A stretch of DNA of 64,000 bases, taken from Heteronotia binoei (lineage: Eukaryota). The number at the start of each line of letters is the position of its first letter. The stretch's first letter is position 1. Location: the NCBI RefSeq assembly GCF_032191835.1, contig NC_083232.1, forward strand, positions 44,702,001 through 44,766,000. Direction: 5' to 3'. The translations under genes and the position numbers were made by a program. The notes beneath the pieces were generated by a model. The model was not told the origin of the DNA and searched no databases. It saw nothing but the letters and a program-made list of their open reading frames with translations. Shown in pieces: positions 11,904-25,996 of this stretch.

Positions 11904-13984
11904 AATAGTCAATGTATTAATTAAAGTATAATAGTCAATGTATTAGTTAAAATACACAAAACATTGGCATATTCCACAGAAAGTCTTATATAAGCATATA
12001 TGAAATTCCTATTTTACCTAAGTAGCTAAACTAATGCTTAGAAAAAAGGTTGTTTCAAAACTTCTTACCCAGAGCTTTGCCAAAAATGGGAAAAGCAGAT
12101 TTCCACTAAATTCCAGATCTGAGATATTCAGGTGGTGGTCAGCTTATATGGAAGTATTACAAAGGCCAACACATGACTTTACTCAACCTTCTGATTTGTG
12201 ACCTCAAAACAAAAATGCAGGACACCACTGAGTATCCCAAGCAATAATTGTTGCAAACTCTGTTCCATTTGTTCTTGGATTTTTTTTTCTGGGCATAAAG
12301 CCATTTATTCATAAATTATCAACCAAGGCTGGAAACTGCAAGTAGTTAAAAAAAAATTGCATGTCTGCAGATTTACACAGGAAATGTGAACTCTTAGGCC
12401 TACTGTGTCAAGTTATCCTAAACAATCCCTTGAAGTAAAAAAACCCTACAATACAGCAGGTCTGTGGGGAAATGGAAAGCAGGACTACCATCAAGTTCTA
12501 TGAGAACACACATGAATAAATGCATTGCACAGCATTAGACTGTATTGTCTGAATACTCAATGAGCAGGCCTGAATTAGTCCTAAACAGCAAACTGGTTAT
12601 CAGACAATTAGCTCCCTGCTCATAACTGGTGAACAGCTGGGGAGCCACATGCAGGTGTATATATGATATCTCATCCTTTGGAACTAAACACAGCAACCAC
12701 TCTTGATATTTTCTGAAAGCTTCTTTTTTCTTCACTAGTTATTCCATATGTGGACACAGAGTGCCTATTTTGTACCCCAACTGTCTGCCTTGCAAGGTCC
12801 GAATTTCTACTAACTGCTTGTTCTTTTCCGTGTTCCTCTTCTTTAAGATAGCCATATTTATTTTCAACACATCATGGTGACAACAGTTTGTAACCCACAA
12901 CTATTGTCCTGAAGGTCTTCAGCAGCCCCTCTGCCTGTGCAGGGTGCGTTGTAGAAGCCCACACTTAAAATGCAACAAGCATACCATTAATGAATGACAA
13001 CACATGATCCGAGAAAAGACTCTTCGCTTCTTGATGCTTAATGAAAGGCATTTTCTTGATGCTTAATGAAAGGCATTTTCTTATGTTTAGAATAATAAAA
13101 ATAAAGTTATAATGAAACTATTAAGTGACTGTTTTAAAGAATAAGCAAAGAATTTCCTATGCAGTGTTTTCTTATGATTTTAAAGTAAAGACAACTGATT
13201 TCTAGAAAAAAACCAGAAAACATCTAATCATTGCTTCATAGTTGTGTGCGTAGTCTATCTTCATTAACAACACTGCATTAAATTAATGTGTATCAAAGCT
13301 GACTCTGCGGTTCCTGAAGTTTGCCTTATATCTGATATTAAATGCAAGCATTAACTAGTCATACAGCAGCATAATGGAAGAAAAAAAAATCAAAGGAATT
13401 TTAGTGTTATTGTATTAACTGTTGTGCCAAATTATGAGACAGATCTGAGTTTCTAGGTTGTACTTCCTAATGGTTGGCGTTGAACAGCAGTCACAGATAG
13501 ACACAATATCTGCCTTTCTTTCCTGAAATTCCACAGAAATCCTCCATTCAGGCAATGACTGAATCCAGATCAGTGCAGTGTTAGCAAGGTTCAGATATCA
13601 TGCACCTTCAAATGATGCCTTGAGACCAAATTTTTGGAGCTGGTTAGCAACAAGCAAACTTGGATAGTTTGAAGAATTGTGGGGGACTAGTTCCAAGACT
13701 ACTTGCTGACCAGCTGCTCAACTTGTATATTTATAAATAAATTTCACACAAAATACTCCAGTACTTGCTCATCTCAAGGAAAATGAGCCTGCAAAAGCTG
13801 CTGTTGCAGGAATGTCTTGTGCTAGCCTGACTACAGGAAAAGTCTCCAAGGATGTTATCAGCAACATTCAACTAGTGGGAGTAATCAGAAGTATCAAATC
13901 ATTATTCACTTGTGCACAAAAACACCTCAGAACACATTTGAATTGTGAGCTGTGGGTGCAGTCCTATTGATATACTGATGTAGC

Positions 13985-14097
13985 CAGGGTTGGATTTTTT
14001 TTAAAGAAAAAGCCCAGCAGGAACTTATTTGCATATTAGGCCACACCCCCTGACACCAAGCCAGCCAGAACTGTGTTCCTGCGCAAAACCCCCCCTG
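13985..14097 (+). mobile_element. hAT MITE, CAGGGCTTTT family
   Basis: Same core as 3050; TSD GATGTAGC / GATATAGC. Confidence 0.85.
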
Positions 14098-14357
14098 GAT
14101 ATAGCCCATGAAAATCCATACAGGGGAACTGAATAACAATTATCTTTGGATAATTGATTATTAGGTAATGTGTACTCAACTTTAATTCAGGCCAAACTGG
14201 CTGTGATTGGTGTGTGTGTGTCCATGTCACATATAAAACAAGGCTCATATGGATGGAAGTCTATATTTATTTAGTACATTTTAATACCATCTTTCCTGCA
14301 AGGAGTTCAAGGTGATGCATGGCATTCTCTTCCTTCCTCAATGTTATCCTTATAACC

Positions 14358-14552
14358 TAGGATTGCCAACTTTCAGGTGGGCACTGGGGATATCCCAGAA
14401 TTACAAATCATTTCCAGCTAACAGAAAATGGCTACTTTGGAAGGTGGACACTATAGCATTATGCCTTGCTGAGATTCTTCCCCAAATCCCACACTTCCAG
14501 GCTCCACCCACATAATTTCCAGGAGTTTCTCAATTCAGAGCAGGAACCGTCA
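14358..14552. mobile_element. Short-type TAGGGTTGCCA MITE
   Basis: Left TIR TAGGATTGCCA and family core. Confidence 0.65.
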
Positions 14553-15874
14553 ACAACTCTGAGGTAGGCTCGACTCTGAGAGAGTAACTGGCCAAAGGTC
14601 ACCAAGTAAGTATCCATGGGAACATTATTTTCCATCAATTATAAAAGGATCTTTTTTACTGCTTTCCCATTTAACTTGTTTTGCTCTACTGTAGTAAACA
14701 GTTACATTGCCATCTAGTGGCATAAGATGTCAGGATGTTCTGCTCATATATTTGCTTCTGATTTATGTTTGCTGAGTCCTTCCAGGATTTCAGGGTACCA
14801 TGCAGAGTTGTCCCCTCCTCAATGCTACCTTCATGATAACCCTGTGAGGTGGATAAGGCTGAGAGAGAATGGCTGGCTCAAGGGTCACCCAGTGTCCCCC
14901 CCCCCCTTGTGTCTCTTTCCATCTAGTTTGATGCTCCAACCACAAAATCATACTGTTTAGGCACGAATAAAGGCTAATAAAGGGCAAATCCAGGCAAGAA
15001 TCCCATGTCACTTCATGGTGGTTTAGTGTGGTAGTTTTTAAAAGTGAGCTGAGAGTGAGGAAGTTTACATTTAAAAGCTCATTTCTGCCATGAGCTGTAT
15101 TTTCTCAACTTCAGTCTGCTATTGTGGAGATAATAATACTGACTTTACTGTGAGGATCACAGAGATGTTTTGAATATTTGAAATGCATCATATAAATATT
15201 ATTGGCAGTGTTATTTTGTGATTACCTGTCACTGTCCTTCAACATGGTTTTTAAAAATTCATACTTCCTGGAATGGAACAGGGTCTTTTTCTTAATAAAC
15301 TGGAATTGAAGGTTCGGGGTCTTTTTCTTAACACCTGCTCTTAAATTAGATGGTTTTAACTGTTTTAATTAACAAACTATTGATTCTTAACTATTATATT
15401 TTGTTTTGTTGTAATCCTGAGCCCACTTGTGGGGAGAGCTGAATAAAAATCTACTAAAATAAAATAAATCAAATAAAAGTTGAGCTGGTATAATTGCATC
15501 TGTGTAATTATATGCCCAATAAATTTTAAGGCAGTTTGCTCAGGGGGTGGGGAGTGAGAACAGCAGGGAGACAGAAACATGAAATAGCTGCGTAGTAAAG
15601 GATACAGATTTTGTTTGCCATGGCATCCATAGCCTTGAGGCAGTAATATATTCTCCATCCCACCCCCACCCACCATCAAGAACGTTTTATGAACTACAGC
15701 CCACTTTGTCACATGCTTCTAATGCAGGGGGCTCTTGTCCACAAAAGCTAGAATAGATGTTTGTCAGCTTTTAAGATGCCACAAATTCCTGTTTATTTAT
15801 TTATTTTTGCATGCAATGTGTGTTCACTGCTTCTCCAGCAGCCTGCTTTCCACCAAGCTTAAATGTCCTGCACA

Positions 15875-16083
15875 TAGGGCTGCCAGCTCCTCAGCAGAAA
15901 ATATCTAGGGAGAAGCCTGAGGAGGGTGGAGTTGGAGGAGGAGAGGGACTTAAGTGGGGTATAATATCATAGAGTGTATCTTCCAAACCATTCATTTTCT
16001 CCATGTGAACTGATCTCTGTTGCTTGATGATCAGTTGTAATCCCAGGAGATCTCCAGACACCACCTGCAGGCTGGCAACCCTA
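15875..16083. mobile_element. Short-type TAGGGTTGCCA MITE
   Basis: Both TIRs present; no TSD recovered. Confidence 0.75.
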
Positions 16084-16480
16084 CCCATAATCACCTGAAC
16101 TGGGGGCCAAACTACATATATTATGCTTTACACTAGTTTTCCCCAGTAACTTGCAGCCATATTGCAGCTGCAAGTCCTCAGTGGCAACTCTGGGTAAAAG
16201 TGCCACATGGGCACAATTCAGATCAGGACAATAGCACAGCAGGAAGAGGAGCTCCTGCCTCCCCCCATTCCCTTTTCTGAAGCCAAAATGGCATGGGGGG
16301 CATTATTTGCCTCATCAGGGGGCTGCATATGCCTTGAATGCTTGCATATGCAGCCTCCTCATGGGGCAAATTACTCCAGTGCCCCCTAAGCAATTTAGTT
16401 CCAGAAAACAGCAGAGAGGGGAAGGAAATAGTCTTTCCTCCCCCACACAATGTTCCAGATCTGAAGTGGGCCCCTGAGGC

Positions 16481-16904
16481 TAGGCTTGCCAGGTCCCTCC
16501 TGGCAACTAGCAGGGGATGGGGGATTTACTAGGAGCAGGAGGGAGGCCCAGTCGACATGCAGCAGTATGTCTACATCACTATGTGTTTGACTGGGAAATG
16601 ATGTCATCACATCCGGGACATCGGGACAATGCTCTGGTATTTGGGAAAAACTCTGGTAAAATTGGCTTCTACCATAGAGCTTTTGCTCAAATACCAGAGC
16701 ATCACCCCAATGGTCTAGATGTGATGATATCACTTCCAGGTCACATGGGCAGTGGCTAAGGTATGTTGTTGCATGTTGGATAGTTCTGCCTCTTTTTTGG
16801 GGGGGAGGGGTAAATTCCCCACTGCCAGGCAGCTGATAGGTGGTGGGGAGGTGGGGCCTGGCAGAGGGGGACTCCTGCCTCCACCAAGGGGTCTGGCAAC
16901 CCTA
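16481..16904. mobile_element. TAGGGTTGCCA-TIR MITE, third internal type
   Basis: TIRs; TSD CCTGAGGC / CCTGAAGC; internal gatgtcatcac...ccgg repeats. Confidence 0.85.
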
Positions 16905-17070
16905 CCTGAAGCACTTTTGCACGCAGTTAGAACTAGGAATTTGCAGTTGCAATACAGCTGCCATTCCCATTGGGAGGTCATGTAAAATGTAATGCGTAGT
17001 TTGGCCTTAATTTTCTCACTGAGCGATCACCTCCTGTTTACTTGGTTTATTGCTCTGTATGCCCTGAGTG

Positions 17071-17265
17071 TAGGGTTGTCAATTCCAGGTTGGTAAAGTT
17101 CTGGAGATTTAGAGGTTGGAGCCTGGAGAGGGCAGAATTTGAGAAAGGGAGGGACCTCATAATGCCGTAGAATGCTGTGAACCCTCCGAAGCAAGCTTTT
17201 TCTCCAGAGGAACTGAGCTCTGTCACCTGAAGATCAGTTGTAAATCTGAGAGGTTGGCAATCGCA
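17071..17265. mobile_element. Short-type TAGGGTTGCCA MITE
   Basis: Left TIR and family core; degenerate right TIR. Confidence 0.65.
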
Positions 17266-17889
17266 TCTGAGACTCTGGCCACGTAATTCCTTCTCACATC
17301 ATTAGAGCTGGAATGCCTGAACTAGAACAGCCAGATGAGCTAAATGTCTTGGGAAAATGCATGTTGATTGGATGAGAATTAGCAAATGGTATGCCCTGCT
17401 GCAATGCCGTAAAGCATCCTGTGAAAATTTTTCTTTACTTGCAAGTAAGCCCTGAACTTGAGGAGGTTATTTAGTTGCCATGTAGAACATGCTAATAATT
17501 TGTTATGCAACTACTAATAATAATCGATTGTGTTGCTTCTTTTTGCCAGACGCTGGTACAGTTTTCCTGGTATGCTAGCAACTTGACAGGAACTTCAGAA
17601 GGGACTCGTAAAGCCTAGATTACACACACAAAGCCTGCAGGCAGCTGACAGGCAATTATGTATAATAAGGTGTTAGGAAAACACAGCCCAGCAGGTGCAC
17701 CAATGGAAGAAGAGACAGTCTCCTGCTGGGCTTGTGTAGAGATCAGAAGGAAAACGAGGGGATGGGAATGGAAAGAACACTGGGTTTGGCATATAAAAAC
17801 ATGAAATGGTAAGGGAAAAGGCAAGACATAAAGCTGCTGCAGCCATTTGTAAAAGGAGAAGCATCTAGGTTAAAGCCTTCTTGGAAGAT

Positions 17890-18085
17890 GGAGACTAACA
17901 GAACATCTGCTTTGTGTGCAGAATGTCCTGGGTTCAATCCCCAGCATCTCCAGTTAGAAAGGACCAGGTAGAAGGTGATGTGTCCTCATCTTGAGACCCT
18001 GGAGAGCCACTGTCAGTCTGAGTATGCAATATGATAGACTTAGATTCACCGATAGTTTGATTCAGTGCAAAGGAATTCAATGTAT
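17890..18085 (+). mobile_element. Degenerate tRNA-derived SINE
   Basis: B-box GGTTCAATCCC; similar to the 18454 copy. Confidence 0.65.
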
Positions 18086-18453
18086 TCATGGATGTATATG
18101 TTTTCAAAGTGTTTTATCTACCCCTAATTCCAGGGAGATGAAGGGAAGACTAGCAGGGCTAGCTGTGGTTCTGCAGGTCCTCACGACTCTTTTGGCAGAT
18201 AGTAATGTCATGGGCAGTTGCTGGTCATGACTAAAAAAAATCATGGAGGATATTTCTGAAAGCCAGAAGAAGGGATGCCATTGTCTTTGGCTCACAGGGA
18301 GTCCAGAGACCTGTAACAGAACCATCTGGGAGAAGAGTAAAGAACCAAGGAGTCAAAGAACAATATGACATTTGGTAGATTAAAAGCACGACATGTATAC
18401 CTAAATCATAAATGAAAAAGCTAAAGATTAAAATAGCATAACAGCATAATAAA

Positions 18454-18668
18454 GGGGAGGGACGGTGGCTCAGTGATAGAGCATCTGCTTGGTAAGCAGA
18501 AGGTCCCAGGTTCAATCCCTGGCCTCTCCAAAAAAGGGTCCAGGCAAATAGGTGTGAAAAACCTCAGCTTGAGACCCTGGAGAGCCGCTGCCAGTCTGAG
18601 AAGACAATACTGACTTTGATGGACCAAGGGTCTGATTCAGTATAAGGCAGCTTCATATGTCCATATGT
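18454..18668 (+). mobile_element. tRNA-derived SINE with CR1-like (CATATGT)n tail
   Basis: A-box TGGCTCAGTGA, B-box GGTTCAATCCC, tail gcagcttcatatgtccatatgt. Confidence 0.85.
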
Positions 18669-19450
18669 CAACAGCACTTAATATTACACTGTAAGTCCAT
18701 TGTGATGAAACATCTAATAAGGAATGTACTAGAACTAGGACTACAGGAATCTGAATGAAGCACAGAATATTAGACATGCTGCAGAAAGCAGAAGATGATA
18801 TTACATCAGTGGAAAATAATGTAGTGATAGCACCACCTTGATCTCAGTGGCTATGGCTGGCTTCCTGCCTGGCTTTTGGCGGACATCCCTGACTCCATTC
18901 TCCCTGGTAAATCTGGGGACTTGTTGCAGCCTTGTTGCAGCGTCTCACTGGGGCTTGTGAGAATTGGTTGGTTGGACTGTGGCCGCATCCCTGGACATCA
19001 ACTAAATTCGGAATCAGCTCAATATTTATGAGTGTTCTCAGAAGATATGGAAAAAGCTTGTCAGTTTAGTGTGAACATATGAAGCTGCCTTATACTGAAT
19101 CAGACCCTGGCTGCGATCTTAAGGCTACTAACTTCAAAGCCCTTTTCCTGTAATTCCAAGTCAATATGGTGTGCTATGAGATGTATGTTTAACTGGAGAC
19201 TATCCTGCAGCCTTCAAATCATGACACATATTGAATTCTTCAACTATGTCAGAAGAACACTTTCCCCAACACTGAAAGAAAGCAAACTAGAATTGTCATA
19301 TTTAGCAGCGCCATCTAGTGACTCCTCCTAATTACAACGAAATTAGAAAATAAAGTTTGTTCCTGTGCTTCCAGACTTAGTTACTTCCAAATTGTTGCAT
19401 TTCAGTGTTTTCCTCATATTTTCGAGTGCTGACATGATGAGTTAATTAGC

Positions 19451-20705
19451 AGTGAGGTCCTACAAGGTTCAGTATCGAGACTGGTTTTGTTTAATTTGTT
19501 CATAGATGATCTGGAATTAAGGGTGAGCAGCGTAGTAGCCAAGTCTGCAGATGACAACGAATTATTCAGGCTGGTGAAAACCAAGATGGACTGTAAAAAG
19601 CTACAGGAGGATCTCTCTAAATCAGGTGAGAAGGCAACAATGTGGCAAATGAAGTTCAATATAATTAAGTGCCAGGTGATGCACATGAGAGCAAGAAAAT
19701 CAATAATAATAATAATAGTAATAATGATATTGGATTTATACCCTGCCCTTCCCTCTGAATCTCAGAGCGGCTTACAATCTTCTTTACCTTCCTTCCCCAC
19801 AACAGACATCCTGTGAGGTAGGTGGGGCTGGGAGAGCTTTCCCAGAAACTGCCCTTTCAAGGACAGCTCTGTGAGAGCTATGGTTGACCCAAGGCCATTC
19901 CTGCTGCTGCAAGTGGAGGAATGGGGAATCAAACTCGGTTCTCCCAGATAAGAGTCTGCGCACTTAACCATGACACCAAACTGTTGGGGTCTGGACTTGC
20001 TGAAGCTGAGTGGGAAAGAGACTTTGGAGTTTAAGACAATGTTGACTCTGTTTGCAGAAGGACTGAAAAAGGCACTCCATGTTGAGGATTCTCTGGAATA
20101 GAACTGAAAATGAAATGGCCAATATTAATGCCCCTGCATAGATCTAATGTGTAGCCTCGTTTGGAATACGGTGCATCTCAAAAAAGAAATATCACACTGG
20201 AAAAAAATACAGAAAACATGATTAAGGGATTGGAGAACTCTTTTCAATGAAGAAGTGCTAAAGAGTCTGGGGATCTTCAAGATTCAAGTCCAGGAGCACC
20301 TTAAAGACCAACACTATTTCCAGGGTTTAAGCTTTTGAAAGTCAGTGCTCCCTTCGTTAGTTAAGGTGTGCCCAATGAAGTTGATAGATTTGGCAAAGCC
20401 AAAAGGAAGTAAGGTTTTACCTAACAAGTTACCAAACTCTGGAATTCACTGATAGTGAACATAGTGATGGCTATAGTATAGATAGATTTAAAGGGGACTA
20501 GACAAATCTATGGAAGATAGGTCCATCAGTGGCTATAAAACCATGGTGCATAAAGGAACCTCCATATCCAGAAGCAGCAAGCTTTTGAACAGCAGTACTG
20601 GAAGGCAATACCGCTAGGAGCCCTTGGTCTCTGCCCAGTTTATTGGTCCTCCAGAGAAACTTCTTGTCCCCTCCATGAAACAAAATGTTGGATTAGACAG
20701 ACCAC
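19451..20705 (+). mobile_element. Decayed CR1 LINE (RT C-terminal half and 3' end)
   Basis: ORF 19487-19816 reads FNLFIDDLE...AKSADD...KLQEDL...WQMKFNIIKCQVMH, the CR1 RT motif; 3' end near 20700. Confidence 0.85.
19702..19983 (-). mobile_element. Squam3/MIR-like SINE nested in CR1
   Basis: Full reverse copy of the 57868 family with (AAT)n tail. Confidence 0.85.
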
Positions 20706-21369
20706 TGCTTGTGGTGCCATTGAGATAATTCAGCCTGACTTGCTCTATTTTAATTTCTGCGCCGCGTCAGCAAATGCTTCATTGACACAGAACAGGACAG
20801 ACTTTCTGCAGTTAACAGATAATTGCATTTTGGGATTGCTCATGTAAATTGTCTGGTAATTTATTATGGTAAACCTATTCTTGTAACAATTTCAGGGGTC
20901 TTAGTGGCTGTGGAAGAAGAATGCCAATGGGGGGGATGAATGGGGACATGGGGGACATGTGGTGTGATGTTACTTCTGGGAAAAGCGGTAAGTGATGTCA
21001 TATGCATCATTCTAGGAATCACCAGAAACTCTATGGCAGGGGGTGTCAAATGTATGGCTGGGGAGGAAAGGAAAGGAAAAGTGTCTCGAATGTGAGAGGC
21101 ATACTCAAAATGGATTACGCATAGTGACTGAGGTATTCGGCAACTACCAGTGAATGGATGCCACAGATCTTAGGTAGGTGTGGAGCAGTGTGACGCTGTA
21201 CTGAAGGATAAACTTTCTGAAGTTAGCAAGCATTAGCAAATGTTACCAGTTTTGGGGTCCAAATTACCCCCAACTTAAGGCTTTTGCTTCTGAAATTCTG
21301 TCCATGTTAGAGACAACATACATCTGTTTCTGTAATTACTGTCCATAAATCAAAAGTACACTGTCAGTT

Positions 21370-23780
21370 CCGGTTATGTCGCCTTAAGCTCAGTGGGGGT
21401 CCGCGGAGCTTGTCTCTAGCGGCCCACCTGAATCAGGAGGTTGGAGAGGTGCCACAGACGTGGCATCTACAGGGAGACCCTGAAGGGGTTTCATTTTGGC
21501 ATGGGGCTTTGCAAGAAGCCAGGGGCATAGTGGTGGCTGTTTCTGTCCTTCTTGTATGCCCCGAGGCTTTGCCGCCATGATCGCCATTACAGAAGTAAGA
21601 GGTGAACACCCAACCGCTTGCTCTTTTTTTTTTTTAGCAAGCTTCTGATGCATCACTTTCCTACCTCAAGCATGGCAATTCTACTTGGCAAGTAAGTTTG
21701 TTTTCAATACCACTGGCTAATGGGTTGTTTTGCATAGCAACGAATGGGACAGTTCAAAGGAAGGGAAAGAAGTGGATTCCCCCCCGCCCTTCCCATGAAT
21801 GTGGCTTTGAAAAGACAAAGAACAACTTTGAGCATTGGCAACAATTTGAATTAGACTGTATACAGATACTCAAATCGACCCGGATTATAATTGAATATGT
21901 GTTAATGAGACTATTATCTGGCTATAATATGGTCTGGACAAAAGCGAGATATATTTTAGAGAGATTTGTGTTTGCCACCTGAGTGCATCTGAAATGGCAA
22001 CAATCAAAACACACGGCTGGAAGAGATTTGGAGAGACAGACTAACTGGATCTCTGAGTTACTTTTCAACTTGGATAAATAGACTGAGTTATTTGGTAGAG
22101 AAAAATGGCATTACCAAGCATAATGGTTACCATAACTTCTCTAAAGCAAGATCTTGGTTCATTAACAGAGTTGATAAAAAAGCAAATGGGAGTTTTTATG
22201 TTGAAAGCTAGCAAAATCTCAAATCTACATGAGCAGAGTGTTAAAGAGATCTTGATGATGTCTGTGGAATTGGAAATGGAGAGTGATCTGCTGGGAAACG
22301 AACAGAACAAAACCAAAATGGAACTTTATTGCGTAGTTTAAAAAAAAGACCGGAAATTGAGACTGATTGAAGTTTGTTCGAGAGGAACAAGTGGTCTGGG
22401 AGCCTTACTATTTTTACCGAGAGGGATGACTGCACTAAGGAGAAAAAATCAAGATGTGGAAAACTTACAGGAAGAAGGGTCTTTGAACTGTTTCTCTCTC
22501 TGTGGGTAACTGGATATGGAATTCTCAACAAGAACTGACATGTGATTTTAAAAGGCCATGTGAGATTTTTGGGTCATATTAAGTTGTTCCTCCTAGAGCA
22601 ATATGGATATAAGAGTTAAAGGATTGAAAAGTTTTGAAAAGCATTTTATATAAATAAATAGTTAACTTGGATCAATTTTTAAGAAGGCAGACAACACAAT
22701 TATTTTGTAATCTGGTAGATCTGCTCTTAATGGTCTAGGACCTGCCTATCTTAGGGACCGTCTCTTCCCATATGTTCCCCAGAGAGTACTGCGATCTGGC
22801 TCCCAAAATCTGCTCGTAATCCCCGGACCTAAGGAGGCCCGGTTGAAGTCAACTAGGGACAGGACCTTCTCAATAACAGCCCTTTGCTGGTGGAACCAGC
22901 TACCGGAAGAGGTCAGGGATATCGAACAATTCTGCAGGGCCTGTAAGACAGTCCTCTTCCAGTTGGCCTATAACTGACCGGCACCAAACCACTAAAGTAC
23001 CAAAAACTGAAGGAAGTGCTTGGATTGCACGTTGTCGACGGATGCACTGCTTTTAATGTGTTTAATGTGTTTAATGTCTTAATTATGTAAATTGTTATTA
23101 TATTTAAATTGAATTTTATGTTAGAATCTTTGTATTGTGAGCCGCCCTGAGCCCGCCTTGGTGGGGTAGGGCGGGATATAAATCAAATAAATAATAATAA
23201 TAATAATAATAATTATTATTATTAATATGTTTGGAGAAATTGTTTATACTGAGACAGATAAATTACTATGTTTTTTTTCCTGCTTATTACTTTTTTCTCT
23301 CTCTACGTTTTATGATATTTTAAATCTGATTTTTTTTTCCTTTCCATTTGAAATAAGTAAGTTAGAAGGATAAATATATTTGTTTCTTATGGTCATTTTA
23401 ATGACATTGTTAAAATAACAAGTTAGTCTGTATTTTTAATATGGTTAAGCTTAGTCAGTTAGTTCTGTGTTGAGACGTCTCTGACTTTTTTATACTTATA
23501 TGTGCTGAAGAAGAATAGTTTAGACTTGTATTTTAAGTAATAGTTTAGTAAAAAGTGTATAATGAAAGATAAAGATGGTAAAATATAAGGGGAAAATTTA
23601 ATACTTGCAGGTAGAAAGAATTGGGTATTTCATATGAAGGTAGAAAAGTAACTGATATATTTGCATTTTTCTTTGTTCCTGGTCTCCCACTCTGTACCCA
23701 CCCCTACCCCTCTTTAATGCTTCTGTATCTATACTTATGCTTTTTCTTTTTATAGTTAAAATCAATAAAATTATAAAAAC
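21370..23780 (+). mobile_element. Non-autonomous L1-type retroposon lacking RT (half-L1-like)
   Basis: 18-bp TSD AAAAGTACACTGTCAGTT (21352-21369, 23781-23798); GC-richer 5' end; coiled-coil-like ORF remnant 22105-22341; AATAAA plus A-rich tail. Confidence 0.7.
22723..23222 (+). mobile_element. 5'-truncated L2 LINE nested in the above
   Basis: Translates ALNGLGPAYLRDRLFPYVPQRVLRS...WWNQLPEEVR, the L2 ORF2 C-terminus; 3' tail and (AAT)n. Confidence 0.9.
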
Positions 23781-23807
23781 AAAAGTACACTGTCAGTTTA
23801 CAGTGCC

Positions 23808-25033
23808 CAGTGCCGGATTAAACCCTGTGGAGGGCCCTAGGCAGTCAAAATCTTGGAGGCCTAGACAGCATACTCAAGATTGCTACAGAACAGGCATTGA
23901 CTCAAGAGTTTGATGCAATAATTCAGAGCAAGAGGTGTCAGTTATTAAAGACTGTTAAATAAAGGAAATACTGTAAGAGTGTTAATATTTTAGCATGTTT
24001 GTATTTTTGAGTAAAAATATTTTAATTGGCTTTGCCTGTCTTTTATAAACTTTATATACCTGGTACCAAGTATTACATTTTATGGCACACATGGCTAGGG
24101 TTGCCAAGTCCAATTCAAGAAATATCTGGGGACTTTGGGGGTGGAGCCAGGAGACTTTGGGGGTGGAGCCAGGAGACATTGGGGCGGAGCCAGGAACAAG
24201 AGTGTGACAAGCATAATTGAACTCCAAGAGAGTTCTGACCATCACATTTAAAGGGACAGCACACCTTTTAAAATGTCTTCCTTCCATAGGAAATAATGAA
24301 GGATAAGGGCACCTTCTTTTGGGGTTCATAGAATTGGACCCCCTGGTCCAATCGTTTTGAAATTTGGGGGATACTTTGGGGAGAGGCACTAGATACTATA
24401 TTGAAAATTTGGTGCCTCTACCTCAAAAAACAGCTCCCCCAGAGCCCCCGAAACCTCCAGATCAATTCCCCATTATACCCTATGAGAAGACGTTTCCCTC
24501 TCCACCCCCCTCCCCCCCCCCTTTCTGGGAAATCTGATGCAGGAGACAGAACTCACTCACCTCCGGAGGTGCAAAGGCACATGGTCCTTTGGGGGCGTGG
24601 CTGGGCTCCCCTCCCTTCACCGGCCAGCTGACTGGGGGCGGGAAGCAGCCTGAGAAAACAGAAGAGCTCTAGCTGCTGCGATCGGGGCTGGGTGGGAAGG
24701 GCTGCCATTCTCCCCCTCCCCCCCCACTTTCCCTTTTATGGCCAGCGGGAGGAGGAGGCTCCAAATCGGGGGTCTCCAGGCCTAGCGGGGGATTTGGGAC
24801 CCCTACACATGGCCTGGCCTGACAAAGTGACAGTTATGTCAGATGGCGAAAATGCCAGCAGCAGCCGCACCAGGCAAACTGAGCAAAGAGTGGCTCAGTT
24901 GCTGGCTGTACATGCGGGCTGGGAGGGCCGCAAGCAGGGGGAAAACCGGGGAGGCGGAGCCAGCCTGGGGCCCCTAAAAGTGTGTTGGCCCATAGACCAG
25001 TGCTTACTTGGCCTAATTGTTAATCCAGCTCTG
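23808..25033. mobile_element. Probable non-autonomous hAT hosting the 24096 MITE
   Basis: TIR-like CAGTGCCGGATTAA / TTAATCCAGCTCTG; no TSD found. Confidence 0.5.
24096..24805. mobile_element. hAT MITE, TAGGGTTGCCA family (extended type)
   Basis: Perfect TSD CACATGGC. Confidence 0.9.
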
Positions 25034-25996
25034 GGTCGGCCATAGTGAAAGACCTGGCAACCCTCATGTGGATAGTTGGTTGTATCTTTCACTGTACCAC
25101 ACAGCACTGGGCTTTGAACATACACAATAAACATTTTTTTCCTGGTTCTTCCCTATGCAAGTTAAAACCTAAATCTCATGTGTGATGTGAGTAGTTACAG
25201 CTATTCAAATTTGGGGCAATAGGATATTCATACTTGGATGTGCCTTTGAGGATTCTGGGTAAGAGACAAGGAAGAGGAAAGGAAAGAAGAAAAAAAGTGA
25301 CAATGGTCATTCTATTGTCCCAACTTAACTACTTACAGTATGTGATGCTCCTCTAGCCAGGTCTTCATCCTCTCAGAGATGTGCTTTGGTGTATTCACAT
25401 GGTCAAAGATGAGTTACCATTCAAGAGATGGCAAAGTTGCCCATTTTATTGTTTATCTCCATTCCAATCAGCAGTTCCCAAGGTTGTCACCTGCAGCTTG
25501 GCTTGTTTGTCCCTTGGTGATCACCCTTCCACCTGCTTTCATTTATGTCCTTAGTCTGGCTTCCCCTACTGAGGTCCTTCACTGATCTTGGTATCTCATA
25601 GCTCTGGCAACCTCCTCTTGTGGTAGGTTAGTGCTGCCAGTAGCTCGGCAACCCAACTAGTTATGGCCTCTTGGCCAGGAATGCTGCTTTCCCCATTCAG
25701 GGGAGTCCTGCGTCTCACTGCAGAAAACTCAGGCCAGGCTGGCTACTTTCCTTCCCAGCTCCTAGGAAGTCCCAGCCAGGTACCCACCCCCTGCCACCTT
25801 CCACTGGGCCCTTGTCATCCTCCTTCTCCTGGACCATCCCATTTCCTGCTGTCCTGTACCCACTCCTGAATAGATATTTTCTCTCAAGGAGACCTTTGCC
25901 CTCAAGTAAGTCTTTGCTCCCTTGGGAATTGCCCCTAACTTTCCTTCCTCCAATCTGCTCCTCCCTGCCCCCACCAACCCCCAGGATGCCCTTACC

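Noticed and set aside
18454-18530. tRNA genes at SINE heads (also 28891, 51397, 57868)
   Set aside because: A/B boxes are present but there is no complete cloverleaf, and each continues into a SINE body.
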